Positions 47,990-58,329 of a stretch of DNA of 64,000 bases are shown here, piece by piece (the first letter of the stretch is position 1; every line of letters starts with the position of its first letter). The translations under genes and the position numbers were made by a program. This stretch comes from Fidelibacterota bacterium (lineage in GTDB: Bacteria > Fidelibacterota > UBA2242), in assembly GCA_011046365.1 (NCBI GenBank), contig DSAS01000047.1, forward strand, positions 590 through 64,589. The letters are read 5' to 3'. A model generated the notes under the pieces. It was not told the DNA's origin, made no database searches, and was given only the letters and a program-made list of their open reading frames with translations.

Positions 47990-50035
47990 TTATTGTTTGC
48001 TCGCCGCCTCGACCAGTTTCCGGATCGGTGCCACAACCATCAGTTCCACCTGACCGCGGGGCTGTTTGGCTCTTTCAAAGAGTTGTTCCGCCGCCAGTTG
48101 CCTTTTTTTGAGGGGTCTGTTTTTTGCCAGAGCCCGGGCGGCATCGAGACCCAGTTCAGCCAGCTCCTGCAGGTCTGCGGACATGGTTTCAATTTCCTGA
48201 ATTATTGGTGAGACGTTGATTATTTCCAGCAATTGTTGATGATTTTTCTGCCAGATGGAAAGTTGCAGAATTAATTCGGCTGCGTCGGGATTTTTTGGAT
48301 CGTTGAGATAGGCGTCCACCAAATCTGCAAAGTGGCGGGCGGTCATGGATTCCGGACGGGCGGCATCAACCACCCGGGTGTAGGGCGAGTAGGAGGTGTA
48401 GGTTTTGCCCTGGCGGTGGCGGGTATAGATTTTCACCGGCTCCACCACATTGACGAAAGTTTTTAAGGGAGAAATGTCGTGATTATTGGTCAGGCGCCGC
48501 AGCATCATGTCATAGTTTTTAATATGCAATAAACCCAGCTCCTCCAGGCGGAAGCTGGTGTATTCCAGTCGGCGGTACATATCCCGGACATCGTTGACGG
48601 ACCCAGATGACCAGAGCCGCTCGGCAATGGCGGCGGTACGCGGCCAGATGCGGGAATCCACAGTCTCATGGGTAACCAGTTCGCTCCAGCTGGTGGCTTC
48701 GCCGCCCAGAATCCGTTTCTGCTCATCTGGCGAAAGCGGTGTGTCGGCAGGAATCGGGTCGTTCAAATAGTGATATTCGGCGGGCTGGATCAGGTCAATA
48801 TAGTAGCCGTTGGAGAGGATACCCATATAGCCTTTTTGAGCCGATTCGTTCAGTGATTGGCGACCACGCCAGGAGTGAATCACGAAGTCGGTGGGCAGTC
48901 CCGGCTGAAAAATTTCGTCCCAACCGATCATTTTTTTGTTGTATTTGGTGAGAATTTTCAGAATACGCTTGTTGAAATGGGCTTGCAGCATATGATTGTC
49001 GGGAATGTTATTGTTCCGCATGAACTGCTGGATTTCAGGATTGGCGTCCCAGTGCTTGCCGTTATTTTCGTCGCCGCCGATATGCATATAATCGTCTGGA
49101 AAGAGAGCCGCCATCTCGGCGAAAAATTTATCCAGGAATTCATAGGTAAATTCATTTGCCGGATTCATGGTGGGGTCTTTGATACCCCAGCCGCGCTCAA
49201 TGGTGTAGGGACCCGGTGCGCTGGCGAGTTCGGGGTAGGCGACCAGCCAGCTGGTGGCGTGTGCCGGGACATCGAATTCTGGGACTACCCGGATGCCGCG
49301 CTCGGCGGCATAATCTAGGATTTCTTTAATCTGACATTGGGTGTAATAAAAGCCGTCGGAGCCCAATTCGTGCAGTTTCGGCCAGGTGTGGCATTCGACC
49401 CGGAAGCCCTGATCGTCGGCGAGATGCCAGTGCAGGACATTCATTTTAACTGCCGCCATACCGTCCAGATTACGTTTAATAACCTCCACCGACATGAAAT
49501 GGCGGCTGACATCTATCAGCAGACCGCGCCAGGGAAAACGGGGGCGGTCGTTGATAATGCAATTGGGAAAATAATAGCCCTCTTTGTCAACGGAGAGGAG
49601 CTGGAGCAGGGTCTCCAGCCCGCGCAGGGCACCTATATCCGTGGGTGCAGAAAGAGAGATCAGTGTATCACTGACAGCCAGGGCATAGGATTCGTCCTCA
49701 AACAGTTCGATTTTTCCGGGCCTGGTTACAGTGATGATCAACTGCGGGTTTTCCGGCTGTGTGGCGGCGGTAATGAAATCCTGCGGCAGGAAGAGACCGG
49801 TCCGACCGGCGAGACGGCGCAACGCCCGGGTAGCTGCCTTGTAAAGACGCCGGCCGGCGGGACCAGTAACCTTCAGGGTAAAGGTCTCATCGAGGCGAAA
49901 ACGACCTTCCAGAAGGTGAATCTCTTGCGGCACCGGCATCAGATTAAGGGTTTTTTGCGGGCTGGCAAACAGGAAATTCACTGAACATAATATAGTTAGA
50001 TACAGGTTAATTTTCCGACATTTTTGCATCTTCAT
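47990..50035 (-). CDS. Secreted GH20 beta-N-acetylhexosaminidase
   Basis: Signal peptide and GH20 catalytic region RFPWRGLLIDVSRHF...MNVLHWHLADDQGFR...HIGGDE. Confidence 0.9.
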   Translation of the reverse strand: MKMQKCRKINLYLTILCSVNFLFASPQKTLNLMPVPQEIHLLEGRFRLDETFTLKVTGPAGRRLYKAATRALRRLAGRTGLFLPQDFITAATQPENPQLIITVTRPGKIELFEDESYALAVSDTLISLSAPTDIGALRGLETLLQLLSVDKEGYYFPNCIINDRPRFPWRGLLIDVSRHFMSVEVIKRNLDGMAAVKMNVLHWHLADDQGFRVECHTWPKLHELGSDGFYYTQCQIKEILDYAAERGIRVVPEFDVPAHATSWLVAYPELASAPGPYTIERGWGIKDPTMNPANEFTYEFLDKFFAEMAALFPDDYMHIGGDENNGKHWDANPEIQQFMRNNNIPDNHMLQAHFNKRILKILTKYNKKMIGWDEIFQPGLPTDFVIHSWRGRQSLNESAQKGYMGILSNGYYIDLIQPAEYHYLNDPIPADTPLSPDEQKRILGGEATSWSELVTHETVDSRIWPRTAAIAERLWSSGSVNDVRDMYRRLEYTSFRLEELGLLHIKNYDMMLRRLTNNHDISPLKTFVNVVEPVKIYTRHRQGKTYTSYSPYTRVVDAARPESMTARHFADLVDAYLNDPKNPDAAELILQLSIWQKNHQQLLEIINVSPIIQEIETMSADLQELAELGLDAARALAKNRPLKKRQLAAEQLFERAKQPRGQVELMVVAPIRKLVEAASKQ

Positions 50036-50046
50036 ATCTCCCTTAT

Positions 50047-51429
50047 TTAAAACATGCGATCCCAGGGCGGCAGCAGGATGGGTTTTTGCTTCAGGATCGC
50101 CAGCGTTGCGTCCGGTAAGAACTGTTTCAGGACTACCAGTCTGAACATATATTCATCGAACCATGCATCGGTCATTGTCAAATATCCCTGATGACCCGCC
50201 TGCGGTCCCCAGCTGTTTTCCAGCAGCCACTTGGTCACGCTGCCCGTTGCACTGGTATCCAGTCCGATCAGGTTCATCCCGTGAGTGGAGCCGCTTTCGT
50301 AGGTTAATATCCGCTGCTCTTTGGTCATTGCAAACGAGACTCCATAAATGGACTCATAGTCAAAAAGGTCCAGCGCTAAAAGACCCCGCTCTCTGTCGAG
50401 CTGCTTGCCAACATCACAGGAGAAATACATTGGTTCATTAGCCAAAAGGGAACGTCTGGCAGCCGCTTTGATCTCTGCCACCGGAAGATTGATAAAGGTC
50501 CAATTGGGACCTTCGAAGCAGTTGCGATCGTATTTGATTTCATAAAGGTGGTAATACTCTTTACTCGGATCGTCCATGAGCATGACGTAATCGTCCAGTT
50601 TGGTGCCGACGACTTCCGCATAAAAACTTTGAGGTGTAAAAACTCCGGCATTGATCAGGTTGTCGTTTTTATCAGTATACCGCCAGCTGAATTCGGTTGG
50701 TGGTGTACCCATGGAAATGACCAAAATGCGGTAAATTTCAGCCAGCATGGCGGGCTTCTGACGGCGGATATAGTTTTCCTTTTTCCCGGCGGCATGCCAC
50801 TGGCGGATCTGCATTCCCTGAGCGCGCAATTTGCGACGGATCAGCCGGCTCATCATGCGGGTGTTTTCGCTGTTATAGCTCTCTTTCATAGCCTCTTTGG
50901 GGACGACGCCGTATTTGGTGACAAGGCATGGCATCATGCTCCAGACGCCACCGTCACCGATGGGATTCTGGAAAAGCCATTGGACCTCCCGATCATCAAT
51001 GTCCATGTCCCGGGTGCTGATTACGGCTTCGAGAAAGAGATTGGCTTTTTCCAGCTGATCCCAAAAGAAAAGGTAACTTTGAGAAAACTCAAAATCTTTC
51101 AAATTGTACTGTTCAATGACCTTCGGGCGGAGCACATTCAGCGCCGTGAAGAGCCAGCAGCGTCCCGAGGATTTCTGATCGGTGATGGAGGGTACCGGGA
51201 TTTTATGGGCAAAGTGGTGGTCGCTTTGATTGATCAGTTCCCGATTCAGGGCGAGTGAACGGACGTCGTTATTGGAGACGGCGTTTTGCATAGCGCGGGT
51301 CTGATTATCGAAGGTCAGGGTAGACTGGATCGTATTGAGCAGTTCGACCGAAATATGCTCGGTTTGAGCGGTCAGGTTAAGAAATCCGACAATGACGAGG
51401 CTGATACACAGTGTCATAAATTGCTTCAA
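50047..51429 (-). CDS. pepC: Aminopeptidase C / bleomycin-hydrolase family cysteine peptidase (C1B), secreted
   Basis: QKSSGRCWLFTALN catalytic Cys region, typical C1B length (460 aa), N-terminal signal peptide. Confidence 0.85.
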   Translation of the reverse strand: MKQFMTLCISLVIVGFLNLTAQTEHISVELLNTIQSTLTFDNQTRAMQNAVSNNDVRSLALNRELINQSDHHFAHKIPVPSITDQKSSGRCWLFTALNVLRPKVIEQYNLKDFEFSQSYLFFWDQLEKANLFLEAVISTRDMDIDDREVQWLFQNPIGDGGVWSMMPCLVTKYGVVPKEAMKESYNSENTRMMSRLIRRKLRAQGMQIRQWHAAGKKENYIRRQKPAMLAEIYRILVISMGTPPTEFSWRYTDKNDNLINAGVFTPQSFYAEVVGTKLDDYVMLMDDPSKEYYHLYEIKYDRNCFEGPNWTFINLPVAEIKAAARRSLLANEPMYFSCDVGKQLDRERGLLALDLFDYESIYGVSFAMTKEQRILTYESGSTHGMNLIGLDTSATGSVTKWLLENSWGPQAGHQGYLTMTDAWFDEYMFRLVVLKQFLPDATLAILKQKPILLPPWDRMF

Positions 51430-51438
51430 ATTTACCTC

Positions 51439-52761
51439 TTACAGTTTTTCAAATTTTTCACGAAGTCGCCGAAATGCCTTTTGGCTTTCTTCAATAATTA
51501 TTTCCCTGTCAATCGTTAGAAAGGAGTCTTCATTGTAGATAAATTTACCATCGATCACGACCATTTTAGCGGACGTTGACGGCAGCCCGAAAAAGAGATG
51601 CTGGTGATAATTTTCCTCCGTTATTGACGAAACAGGGACATAATCGAAAACGACAATATCCGCCGCAGAACCCGGTTCAATGATGCCCGGTTTATCCGGA
51701 AAAAAGAGTTCGGCGAAACGGTTATTTCCGCGGATTAGTTTTTCGAGCCGGGTAAAGATTTCCGCTGAATCTATCCCTTTTTGAGTTAAAATAGTCAAGA
51801 GGTTCTGAAGGTTTCGGAGAATTCCACCGGGTTGTCCGGCGGTGCCAATGCCGACATTGATTTCAGGCGAGGACAGAAAAGAATAATCGCCGGAGAAAAT
51901 AGCAGTTATGACGAATGTGGCGCCGGTATTTTGGAGAATTTCAAGGCTTTGATCACCGGGAATAACCGGTCCGGCAAGCGCCGTTTTGGCGTTGAGCAGC
52001 TGCAAGGAATCCAGTCGTTTGATATCATCGTCGGAGGCAATTTCGATCTGCAATCCGGTCTCGCCATCAGCTATGCTTGCCTTAATTAGGGACAGGGCTT
52101 TATCGGAAAGTCGCCCGGTACATTGAATACCGGGTATTGTCCGCACGAACGGGTTGTCCGACAACTCTTTCTTCGCCTGCTGGTTTTCTGCCAGGGTGCG
52201 ACTGAAAATATCGTCACCGAGTCGCCCGGATATTTCGCAGCTGAGTACGGCTCGGAATCCGGCGCGGGTTACCACCGCGGCAATATTGCTCAAGGTATTT
52301 GATATCTGGAGTGGCGTAGAGTGCCAATCGAATAGTGTGGTGGTTCCCTGTTTAATAGCCTCCATGATGTCGAGGAGGGTTGCCAGCTGGATTGTATCTT
52401 CGTCCAGGCATTGGTCATATTTCCACCAGAAGTGTTCCTGTTGTTTCCGACTGAAATCGTTGGGGTGGTAAGCGGGCAAGCCTAAACCGAATGCGCGGTA
52501 AAAATGATTCCGCAGGTTGATAAAACCGGGTGTAATGAGGGACCCCTGTGTATCGTAAACCTCGATGTCCACGCTTTTGGGAATCTGGGTAAAAACCGTC
52601 TCCTCTGTACCGGCGGCTGCAATTTTGCTTTCTGACACATAGACGGCGCCGTCTGCGTAGACATTGCCTTTTCCATCATAGAGCGGTCCGCCATAGATGA
52701 CCAGCGGTTTCGGTGTCGTTTTTTTAGAAGTGACAGCTTGCTCCGGATTGACAGGTGTCAT
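51439..52761 (-). CDS. Amidohydrolase-superfamily protein (SsnA/chlorohydrolase-like), atypical metal-binding motif
   Basis: N-terminal beta-sandwich (IYGGPLYDGKGNVYADGAVYVSESKIAAAG) and TIM-barrel layout. The usual PGFxNxHxH motif is PGFINLRNHFY, so the first His is replaced by Arg. Confidence 0.55.
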   Translation of the reverse strand: MTPVNPEQAVTSKKTTPKPLVIYGGPLYDGKGNVYADGAVYVSESKIAAAGTEETVFTQIPKSVDIEVYDTQGSLITPGFINLRNHFYRAFGLGLPAYHPNDFSRKQQEHFWWKYDQCLDEDTIQLATLLDIMEAIKQGTTTLFDWHSTPLQISNTLSNIAAVVTRAGFRAVLSCEISGRLGDDIFSRTLAENQQAKKELSDNPFVRTIPGIQCTGRLSDKALSLIKASIADGETGLQIEIASDDDIKRLDSLQLLNAKTALAGPVIPGDQSLEILQNTGATFVITAIFSGDYSFLSSPEINVGIGTAGQPGGILRNLQNLLTILTQKGIDSAEIFTRLEKLIRGNNRFAELFFPDKPGIIEPGSAADIVVFDYVPVSSITEENYHQHLFFGLPSTSAKMVVIDGKFIYNEDSFLTIDREIIIEESQKAFRRLREKFEKL

Positions 52762-52772
52762 GATTGGTCCTA

Positions 52773-54938
52773 TTAAAAATTTACCCGGTCAATTTCACGG
52801 TTTTCGTCAATCTCGGCATGAATTTTACAGCGCTCTGTCGGTTCGGTGCCCCGGATAAATATTTCGGTTTCAATCGGGCAGTATTCAGCCGGCAGTAGTT
52901 TCGTCTCTTTGCATATTTTCGCGTCAATAACATTAGCCGGGCGCTCGAAGGGACAATCTTTCCAGTCTTTGGCTTTATGGGCATCCCGCATAAAGCGCGC
53001 CCAGATTGGCAGTGCGGCTTTGGCGCCGGTCTCATTGGGACCGAGCGAAACAGCCGGATTATCAACGCCGACATAGACTCCGGCAACCATATAGGGCGTG
53101 TAGCCGACAAACCAGGCATCGCTGGCGTCATTGGTTGTTCCGGTTTTGCCGCCGGCAGTATGGCGGAAACCGTATTTCCAGCTGGCGCTGCCGCCGGTTC
53201 CGGACTTTATGTTGGTGACAAGCAGGTCGGTTACGAGGTAGGCAACTTCCTCACTGAAGACATATTCCTGGCGCGGTGAATAGCTGGCGATTGTATTGCC
53301 GTAACGGTCTTTGATATGGGTTACCGCGATCGGCTCGACCCAGACACCGTGATTGGCAAAAATACCGTAAGCGGCAGTAATTTCCTGCGGAATTACCGCG
53401 GCGGTTCCGAGTGCGATGGCGTCAACGGCAGGGATATAGGTGGTCAGGTGCATCCGCTGGGCTGTTTCGACGACCGATTTAGGGGAAATCAGCTCCTGCA
53501 CGACCCGCGCGGCTACCAAATTAAGTGAACGTCTTATGCCTTCCCGAAAGGTTGTCGGTCCGCCGGTGGAAAAATCAAAGTTGTGGGGACGCCAGACCTT
53601 GCCATCATCCAGATAGACGACGATTGGCTGATTGAGCAGCTGGGTCGTGACCGGAAAACCATTATCAATAGCCGTGGCATATACAATCGGTTTAAAAACG
53701 GAGCCGGGTTGACGTTTAGCCTGGGTTGCCCGGTTAAATTGGGACAGATTAAAATCGCGTCCGCCGATCATCGCCAGGATATGTCCCGTGGAGGGTTCCA
53801 GTGCGATCAGCGCTCCCTCCACCGCCAGCGAGTAACGCAGGGACGGCTCCATGGGGATTTCACCCCGGATCATCGCCTGCACCTGTTCAATGCTGATGGT
53901 GGAATCTTTGCTAATGATTGTCTCGATGGTTTTCGGATTAGCCAGAAGGCGTTGATTCAGAATTTTTTGCTGGACGGTGAGATGGCGCTGAAAAGCCGAG
54001 TCAGCGATGGCTTGAATCCGGGTGTCCAGGGTGGTATAAACGGATAGCCCGTCGCGGTAAATGTCAACTCCCAGCTTGTCACCTTCCTGTTGCAGCCAGC
54101 GTCTGACCTGCTCGACGAAATAGGGTGCGATAGTCGGCGCCGGATCGGGTTGCTGAACTTGAATCGGCGCATTACGGTAGAGGGCATACTCTTCACGGGA
54201 CAGATATCCGAGCTCCATCATCCGGTAGAGCACCAGGTTGCGACGCTGATAGGCGCTGACCGGATTGTTAATCGGGGAATAGCGCCGGGTATTTTGGATA
54301 ATACCAGCCAGCAAGGCACATTCATCAACAGTCAGATTTTCGGAAGTTTTGTTAAAATAGCGTTTGGCGGCGGCTTGAATGCCGTAGACACCGTTGCCCA
54401 TCCAGCTGTGATTGATGTACATTTCGGCGATTTCAGATTTGCTGTACATTCTCTCGATCTGCAGAGCCGTTAACAGCTCTTTGATCTTTCGCGAATAGGT
54501 TTTTTCGAAGCCGATAGTATCGTATAAAATCCGGGCGAGCTGCTGGGTTAGGGTGCTGGCGCCCTGAAGTTGTCTTGGGTAGAGAATATTCAGTATGACT
54601 GCCCGACTGAAATCCCGCAGACTCAGCCCCCAATGCCGATTAAAGCGTGCATCTTCAATGGCAATAACCGCCGCGACCATCGTTGATGGGATTTTATCCA
54701 TCGTGATGTAAATTCGATGTTGGGTAAACAGTTCGTGCAACACCTCTCCCTCGGCAGAATAGATACGGGTGACAAGCTCAGGGGCGATATTCTGAAGTTG
54801 TTCGATGGAGGGCAAGTCCTGAGAGGAGTGGGACAGAATACCCAGGGCGGCGAAAGAACCGATTACATAAATTACCACTGTATACAGAATCGCTGCTTTC
54901 CAGCTGAGGATTTTTTTATGTCGGTCTGCGCGTCCCAT
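52773..54938 (-). CDS. mrcA: Class A penicillin-binding protein (PBP1A; transglycosylase + transpeptidase)
   Basis: GT51 motifs (EDARFNRHWG, GASTLTQQLAR), transpeptidase SVFKP (SxxK), SGT..., KTGTT. Confidence 0.9.
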   Translation of the reverse strand: MGRADRHKKILSWKAAILYTVVIYVIGSFAALGILSHSSQDLPSIEQLQNIAPELVTRIYSAEGEVLHELFTQHRIYITMDKIPSTMVAAVIAIEDARFNRHWGLSLRDFSRAVILNILYPRQLQGASTLTQQLARILYDTIGFEKTYSRKIKELLTALQIERMYSKSEIAEMYINHSWMGNGVYGIQAAAKRYFNKTSENLTVDECALLAGIIQNTRRYSPINNPVSAYQRRNLVLYRMMELGYLSREEYALYRNAPIQVQQPDPAPTIAPYFVEQVRRWLQQEGDKLGVDIYRDGLSVYTTLDTRIQAIADSAFQRHLTVQQKILNQRLLANPKTIETIISKDSTISIEQVQAMIRGEIPMEPSLRYSLAVEGALIALEPSTGHILAMIGGRDFNLSQFNRATQAKRQPGSVFKPIVYATAIDNGFPVTTQLLNQPIVVYLDDGKVWRPHNFDFSTGGPTTFREGIRRSLNLVAARVVQELISPKSVVETAQRMHLTTYIPAVDAIALGTAAVIPQEITAAYGIFANHGVWVEPIAVTHIKDRYGNTIASYSPRQEYVFSEEVAYLVTDLLVTNIKSGTGGSASWKYGFRHTAGGKTGTTNDASDAWFVGYTPYMVAGVYVGVDNPAVSLGPNETGAKAALPIWARFMRDAHKAKDWKDCPFERPANVIDAKICKETKLLPAEYCPIETEIFIRGTEPTERCKIHAEIDENREIDRVNF

Positions 54939-55026
54939 GGTGGTGGAAATATTACGGTTTTTCCGGTTTTTTTACAATGATAATGATGACATGTGACAGA
55001 ACTGTTTTTATACGGAAGTTCTTATT

Positions 55027-55842
55027 TTATGTTTCAGCGCTGCCGATTGCGGCGATTAAATCGAGCATATAATTGGAGTAGGACTCTTTGATCTCATCAG
55101 CTGTTGCCTGAACTTCGGCATGTGTCAACGGGGTGGTGCTGAGTCCGGCAGCCAGGTTTGTGACAAGGCTGATACCGAGAATATTCAGACCGAGGTACGC
55201 TCCCATTATGAGTTCGGGAACCGTTGACATACCCACGACATCGGCGCCGAGTGCGCGGATAATTTCCACTTCAGCGTGGGTCTCATAGCTCGGACCGCAT
55301 GTCCAGCAGTAGCTGCCCTTATGGAGCGCAATACCGGTCTCTTTGGCAATCCGGCGGGCAATTTGTGCCAGCCTTTTACTGAAGAAAGTACGGGGATATT
55401 GATTTTTAGGCAGCACATCTATTTGCGTAAAATTGACAAAGTCATTAAGCAATACCAAGTCTCCGGGCTTTAAGACCGGATTAATGCCACCGGCGGCATT
55501 GGTCAGAATCAGATGTTTAATGCCGAGCCGGGCTAATAATTGGACATAATAGGTAACCTCAGCCAGGGATTTCCCCTCGTAATAATGGGAGCGTCCCTGA
55601 ATAGCGAGCACGGCAGTGTTATGAGCATTCCCGAAAATCAGCCGACCCTCGTGCCCCTGAACAGTAGGGCTGGGGAAATGCGGGATGTCACGGCTATTCA
55701 ATATTACGGGGGTTTTTAGATTGCTGGCAAAATAGCCCAAACCGGAACCCAATACGACGGCTATCGCCGGAATCCGAACCGGAAACGAGCGGATATATGT
55801 TTCCGATTCCTGCAGGAACGCTTCATTGGCGAAGGGATTCAT
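55027..55842 (-). CDS. Purine nucleoside phosphorylase (PNP/MTAP family I)
   Basis: AVVLGSGLG, phosphate-binding HFP...GHEGRL, and LTNAAGG motifs. Start is taken at ATG 55842 (MNPF); the track ORF starts at TTG 55854. Confidence 0.85.
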   Translation of the reverse strand: MNPFANEAFLQESETYIRSFPVRIPAIAVVLGSGLGYFASNLKTPVILNSRDIPHFPSPTVQGHEGRLIFGNAHNTAVLAIQGRSHYYEGKSLAEVTYYVQLLARLGIKHLILTNAAGGINPVLKPGDLVLLNDFVNFTQIDVLPKNQYPRTFFSKRLAQIARRIAKETGIALHKGSYCWTCGPSYETHAEVEIIRALGADVVGMSTVPELIMGAYLGLNILGISLVTNLAAGLSTTPLTHAEVQATADEIKESYSNYMLDLIAAIGSAET

Positions 55843-56013
55843 AGATATTCTCAATTTGATTCAAAGGTTACCCGTCAAGTTATCGAGAATCGGCGTAGGA
55901 GGCAATAAAGAAATGGTAAAAATATTTTACGTTGGGCTGTTTTCTTATGATGAATTTCTGGGTTAGTAATGTTCACTTATAATCACTTTAAAAAAATAAT
56001 TTAAGAGAAATTT

Positions 56014-57240
56014 GTGAAAACTGGCTGGACTTTTTTATGTGTGACGATTGTGATAGCCGTATTGCTCAGCAGCGTCTGCAACAAGCCGCGACAGGTTCTG
56101 CCCGGTATTGAGGTATTGCTGGCTGGACGCACCGATTTTCTTAAGGGCAAACGGGTCGGGCTGATTACCAATCAGTCGGGCGTCAATGCGGCGCTGCAAT
56201 CAACGGTGGACCTGCTGTATAATCACTCGGATGTCAACCTGGTGGCACTCTTCGGACCGGAGCACGGCGTCCGCGGTGATGTCACGGCTGGCGTTAAAGT
56301 GGACGATTTTCGCGACCCGCAAACCGGAATTCCGGTCTACAGTCTTTACGGGAAAAATCGAAAACCGACTCCGGAAATGCTCGCGCAGCTGGATGTGTTA
56401 ATCTATGATCTCCAGGATATAGGCTCACGCGCCTATACCTACATCTACACCATGGCGCTCAGCATGCAGGCTGCCGCCGAACAGAGAAAACAGTTTGTAG
56501 TTTTAGACCGCCCGAATCCGCTGGGTGGCAATCTGATTGAGGGACCGGTGCTGGATCCGGCTTTCAGCTCCGGTATCGGGCTCTATCCGATTCCTTTTGT
56601 CTACGGTATGACCGTTGGAGAACTGGCGCAGTATTTTAATCATGAATTCGATATTCATGTTGATCTGACGGTTATTCCAATGAAAAACTGGCAAAGGGAT
56701 ATGATTGGAGCTGAAACCGGACTGGAATGGGTCATTACATCGCCCCATATTCCACATGTTAAAACGGCTCTGTTCTGTGCGGCGACGGGCTGTATCGGGG
56801 AACTGCATACTGTTGATATCGGAATAGGTTATACGCTGCCCTTTGAATTGATTGGCGCAGAATGGATGAATGCCAATGAGCTGAGCCGGGAGTTGAATTC
56901 CTATCAACTGCCGGGTGTCTATTTTCGCCCGATGTACTATAAACCGTACTACTATACCCGCCAGGGAGCCCAGCTGCAGGGCGTCCAGATTCACATCACC
57001 GCCGCGAAACACTTTCTACCCATGCGAACCCAGATAATGATCCTGCAGGCGATCCAGAAGCTGTATCCGGAACAGCCGATTTACAGCACCGAACGGATCG
57101 GTATGTTTTTAAAAGCCATGGGGACAGATCAGGTTCACTCGCAAATACTGGCGGGTAAATCAGCCGACGAGATCATTGAACAGTGGCAGGACCAGCTGAC
57201 CGATTTTAAAGAAAATCGAAAGAAGTATTTAATCTATTGA
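56014..57240 (+). CDS. namZ: DUF1343 family exo-beta-N-acetylmuramidase (NamZ/YbbC-like)
   Basis: 408 aa, signal peptide, conserved LFGPEHG and DLQDIGSRAYTY regions characteristic of DUF1343. GTG start. Confidence 0.75.
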   Translation: MKTGWTFLCVTIVIAVLLSSVCNKPRQVLPGIEVLLAGRTDFLKGKRVGLITNQSGVNAALQSTVDLLYNHSDVNLVALFGPEHGVRGDVTAGVKVDDFRDPQTGIPVYSLYGKNRKPTPEMLAQLDVLIYDLQDIGSRAYTYIYTMALSMQAAAEQRKQFVVLDRPNPLGGNLIEGPVLDPAFSSGIGLYPIPFVYGMTVGELAQYFNHEFDIHVDLTVIPMKNWQRDMIGAETGLEWVITSPHIPHVKTALFCAATGCIGELHTVDIGIGYTLPFELIGAEWMNANELSRELNSYQLPGVYFRPMYYKPYYYTRQGAQLQGVQIHITAAKHFLPMRTQIMILQAIQKLYPEQPIYSTERIGMFLKAMGTDQVHSQILAGKSADEIIEQWQDQLTDFKENRKKYLIY

Positions 57241-57269
57241 AACCGGCAACTGCCGGTGAATCAGGTGGC

Positions 57270-57473
57270 TCAGGTAAAACCGCTGCTGCCGCAGCCTGCA
57301 CCTGAACCGGACGAACGGCTGCTCCCACCGATTGATGGTGCCGACATACGCCGAATGGATTCCTTATGACCGCAGGCAGGGCATTGAATTTCCGAATCGG
57401 GCGTTGCGCTGGAAAGGACCAGCTCTTCAAAAACTTTCCCACAGTGTTTACATTCATAGTCAAAAACAGGCAT
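57270..57473 (-). CDS. FmdB-family zinc-ribbon protein
   Basis: MPVFDYECKHCGKVFEEL...CPACGH (CxxC...CxxC) followed by a Ser/Gly-rich tail, the typical FmdB/CxxC_CxxC_SSSS architecture. Confidence 0.7.
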   Translation of the reverse strand: MPVFDYECKHCGKVFEELVLSSATPDSEIQCPACGHKESIRRMSAPSIGGSSRSSGSGAGCGSSGFT

Positions 57474-57537
57474 CGGTTATCCTCTATTCAATTCCAGTTA
57501 TTTGATTCTCAATCACCGTTACGGTTACAATGATAAA

Positions 57538-58326
57538 TTAAACCCTGAATAGCGTTTTCGCAATCTCCACCAGCTGGGGCGGTCCGGCGATCAGTCCGCT
57601 GGGGATTACGGGATTTGCGGAGTTGTAGTGGATTCCCCGTAGGTTACGGGTGATGACTAATCCGCCGGCGTTGCGGACGATCAGGTCAGCGGCGCAGATA
57701 TCCCATTCATGTTTCGACCGCAAACTGATGGTCAGGTCGCTGCGACTGGCGGCGGTGTGGACCAGCTTGGTGGCAATACTGCCGCTGACAAGAAATTTTT
57801 GAAATAAGTGGGCATAAGGTTGCCACAGCCCCGCTTGGGTTTCCGAACGGCTGACGCAGGCAGTTGCCTTTTCCAGATCACTTTGATGGCTGCACTGCAG
57901 ACGCCTGCCGTTTAGGCGGGAGATGCCGTTGGACGCAGTGTATAGTTCATCGGTCACCGGATTGTAGATGATGCCGACAACCGGTTCCCGGTCAATTGTC
58001 AGGGCGATGGAGACGACAAATTCCGGTATTCCCCGGATAAATTCAAATGTGCCGTCCAGAGGGTCTACTATCCAAACCCGTTCTTTAGTCAGACGCCCGT
58101 GTGAATCCACACTCTCCTCGGAAAGCCAGCCGTCCTGAAGATATTTGGTCATAATTTGGTTTCGTATGAACGAGTCGGCTTCCAGATCGGCAGAGGTGAC
58201 CGGGTTATGCCGACCTTTATCCCGAATTTCATAATCACGCCGATAATATTTCAGGATGATTTGCCCCGCTTCAAAGGCGGTTGCCGTCGCCAGTTCCAGT
58301 TCGGGCTTCAGATTGGAAGACGGAAT
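57538..58326 (-). CDS. 3'(2'),5'-bisphosphate nucleotidase / inositol-monophosphatase family (CysQ-like), apparently initiating at ATT
   Basis: The track ORF (57538..58152) starts at MTKY and lacks about 58 N-terminal residues. The same frame continues upstream without stops: SIPSSNLKPELELATATAFEAGQIILKYY...NPVTSADLEADSFIRNQI, up to a TAA that is the stop of the upstream MBL gene. There is no ATG, GTG or TTG. An ATT lies 8 nt after aaggag. WIVDPLDGTFEFIRG is the IMPase/CysQ metal-binding motif. Confidence 0.7.
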   Translation of the reverse strand: MPSSNLKPELELATATAFEAGQIILKYYRRDYEIRDKGRHNPVTSADLEADSFIRNQIMTKYLQDGWLSEESVDSHGRLTKERVWIVDPLDGTFEFIRGIPEFVVSIALTIDREPVVGIIYNPVTDELYTASNGISRLNGRRLQCSHQSDLEKATACVSRSETQAGLWQPYAHLFQKFLVSGSIATKLVHTAASRSDLTISLRSKHEWDICAADLIVRNAGGLVITRNLRGIHYNSANPVIPSGLIAGPPQLVEIAKTLFRV

Positions 58327-58329
58327 GGA

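Noticed and set aside
57538-58152. CysQ/IMPase gene starting at ATG 58152 (MTKY)
   Set aside because: No SD precedes it. About 58 conserved N-terminal residues are encoded in frame upstream, with an aaggag-N8-ATT start.
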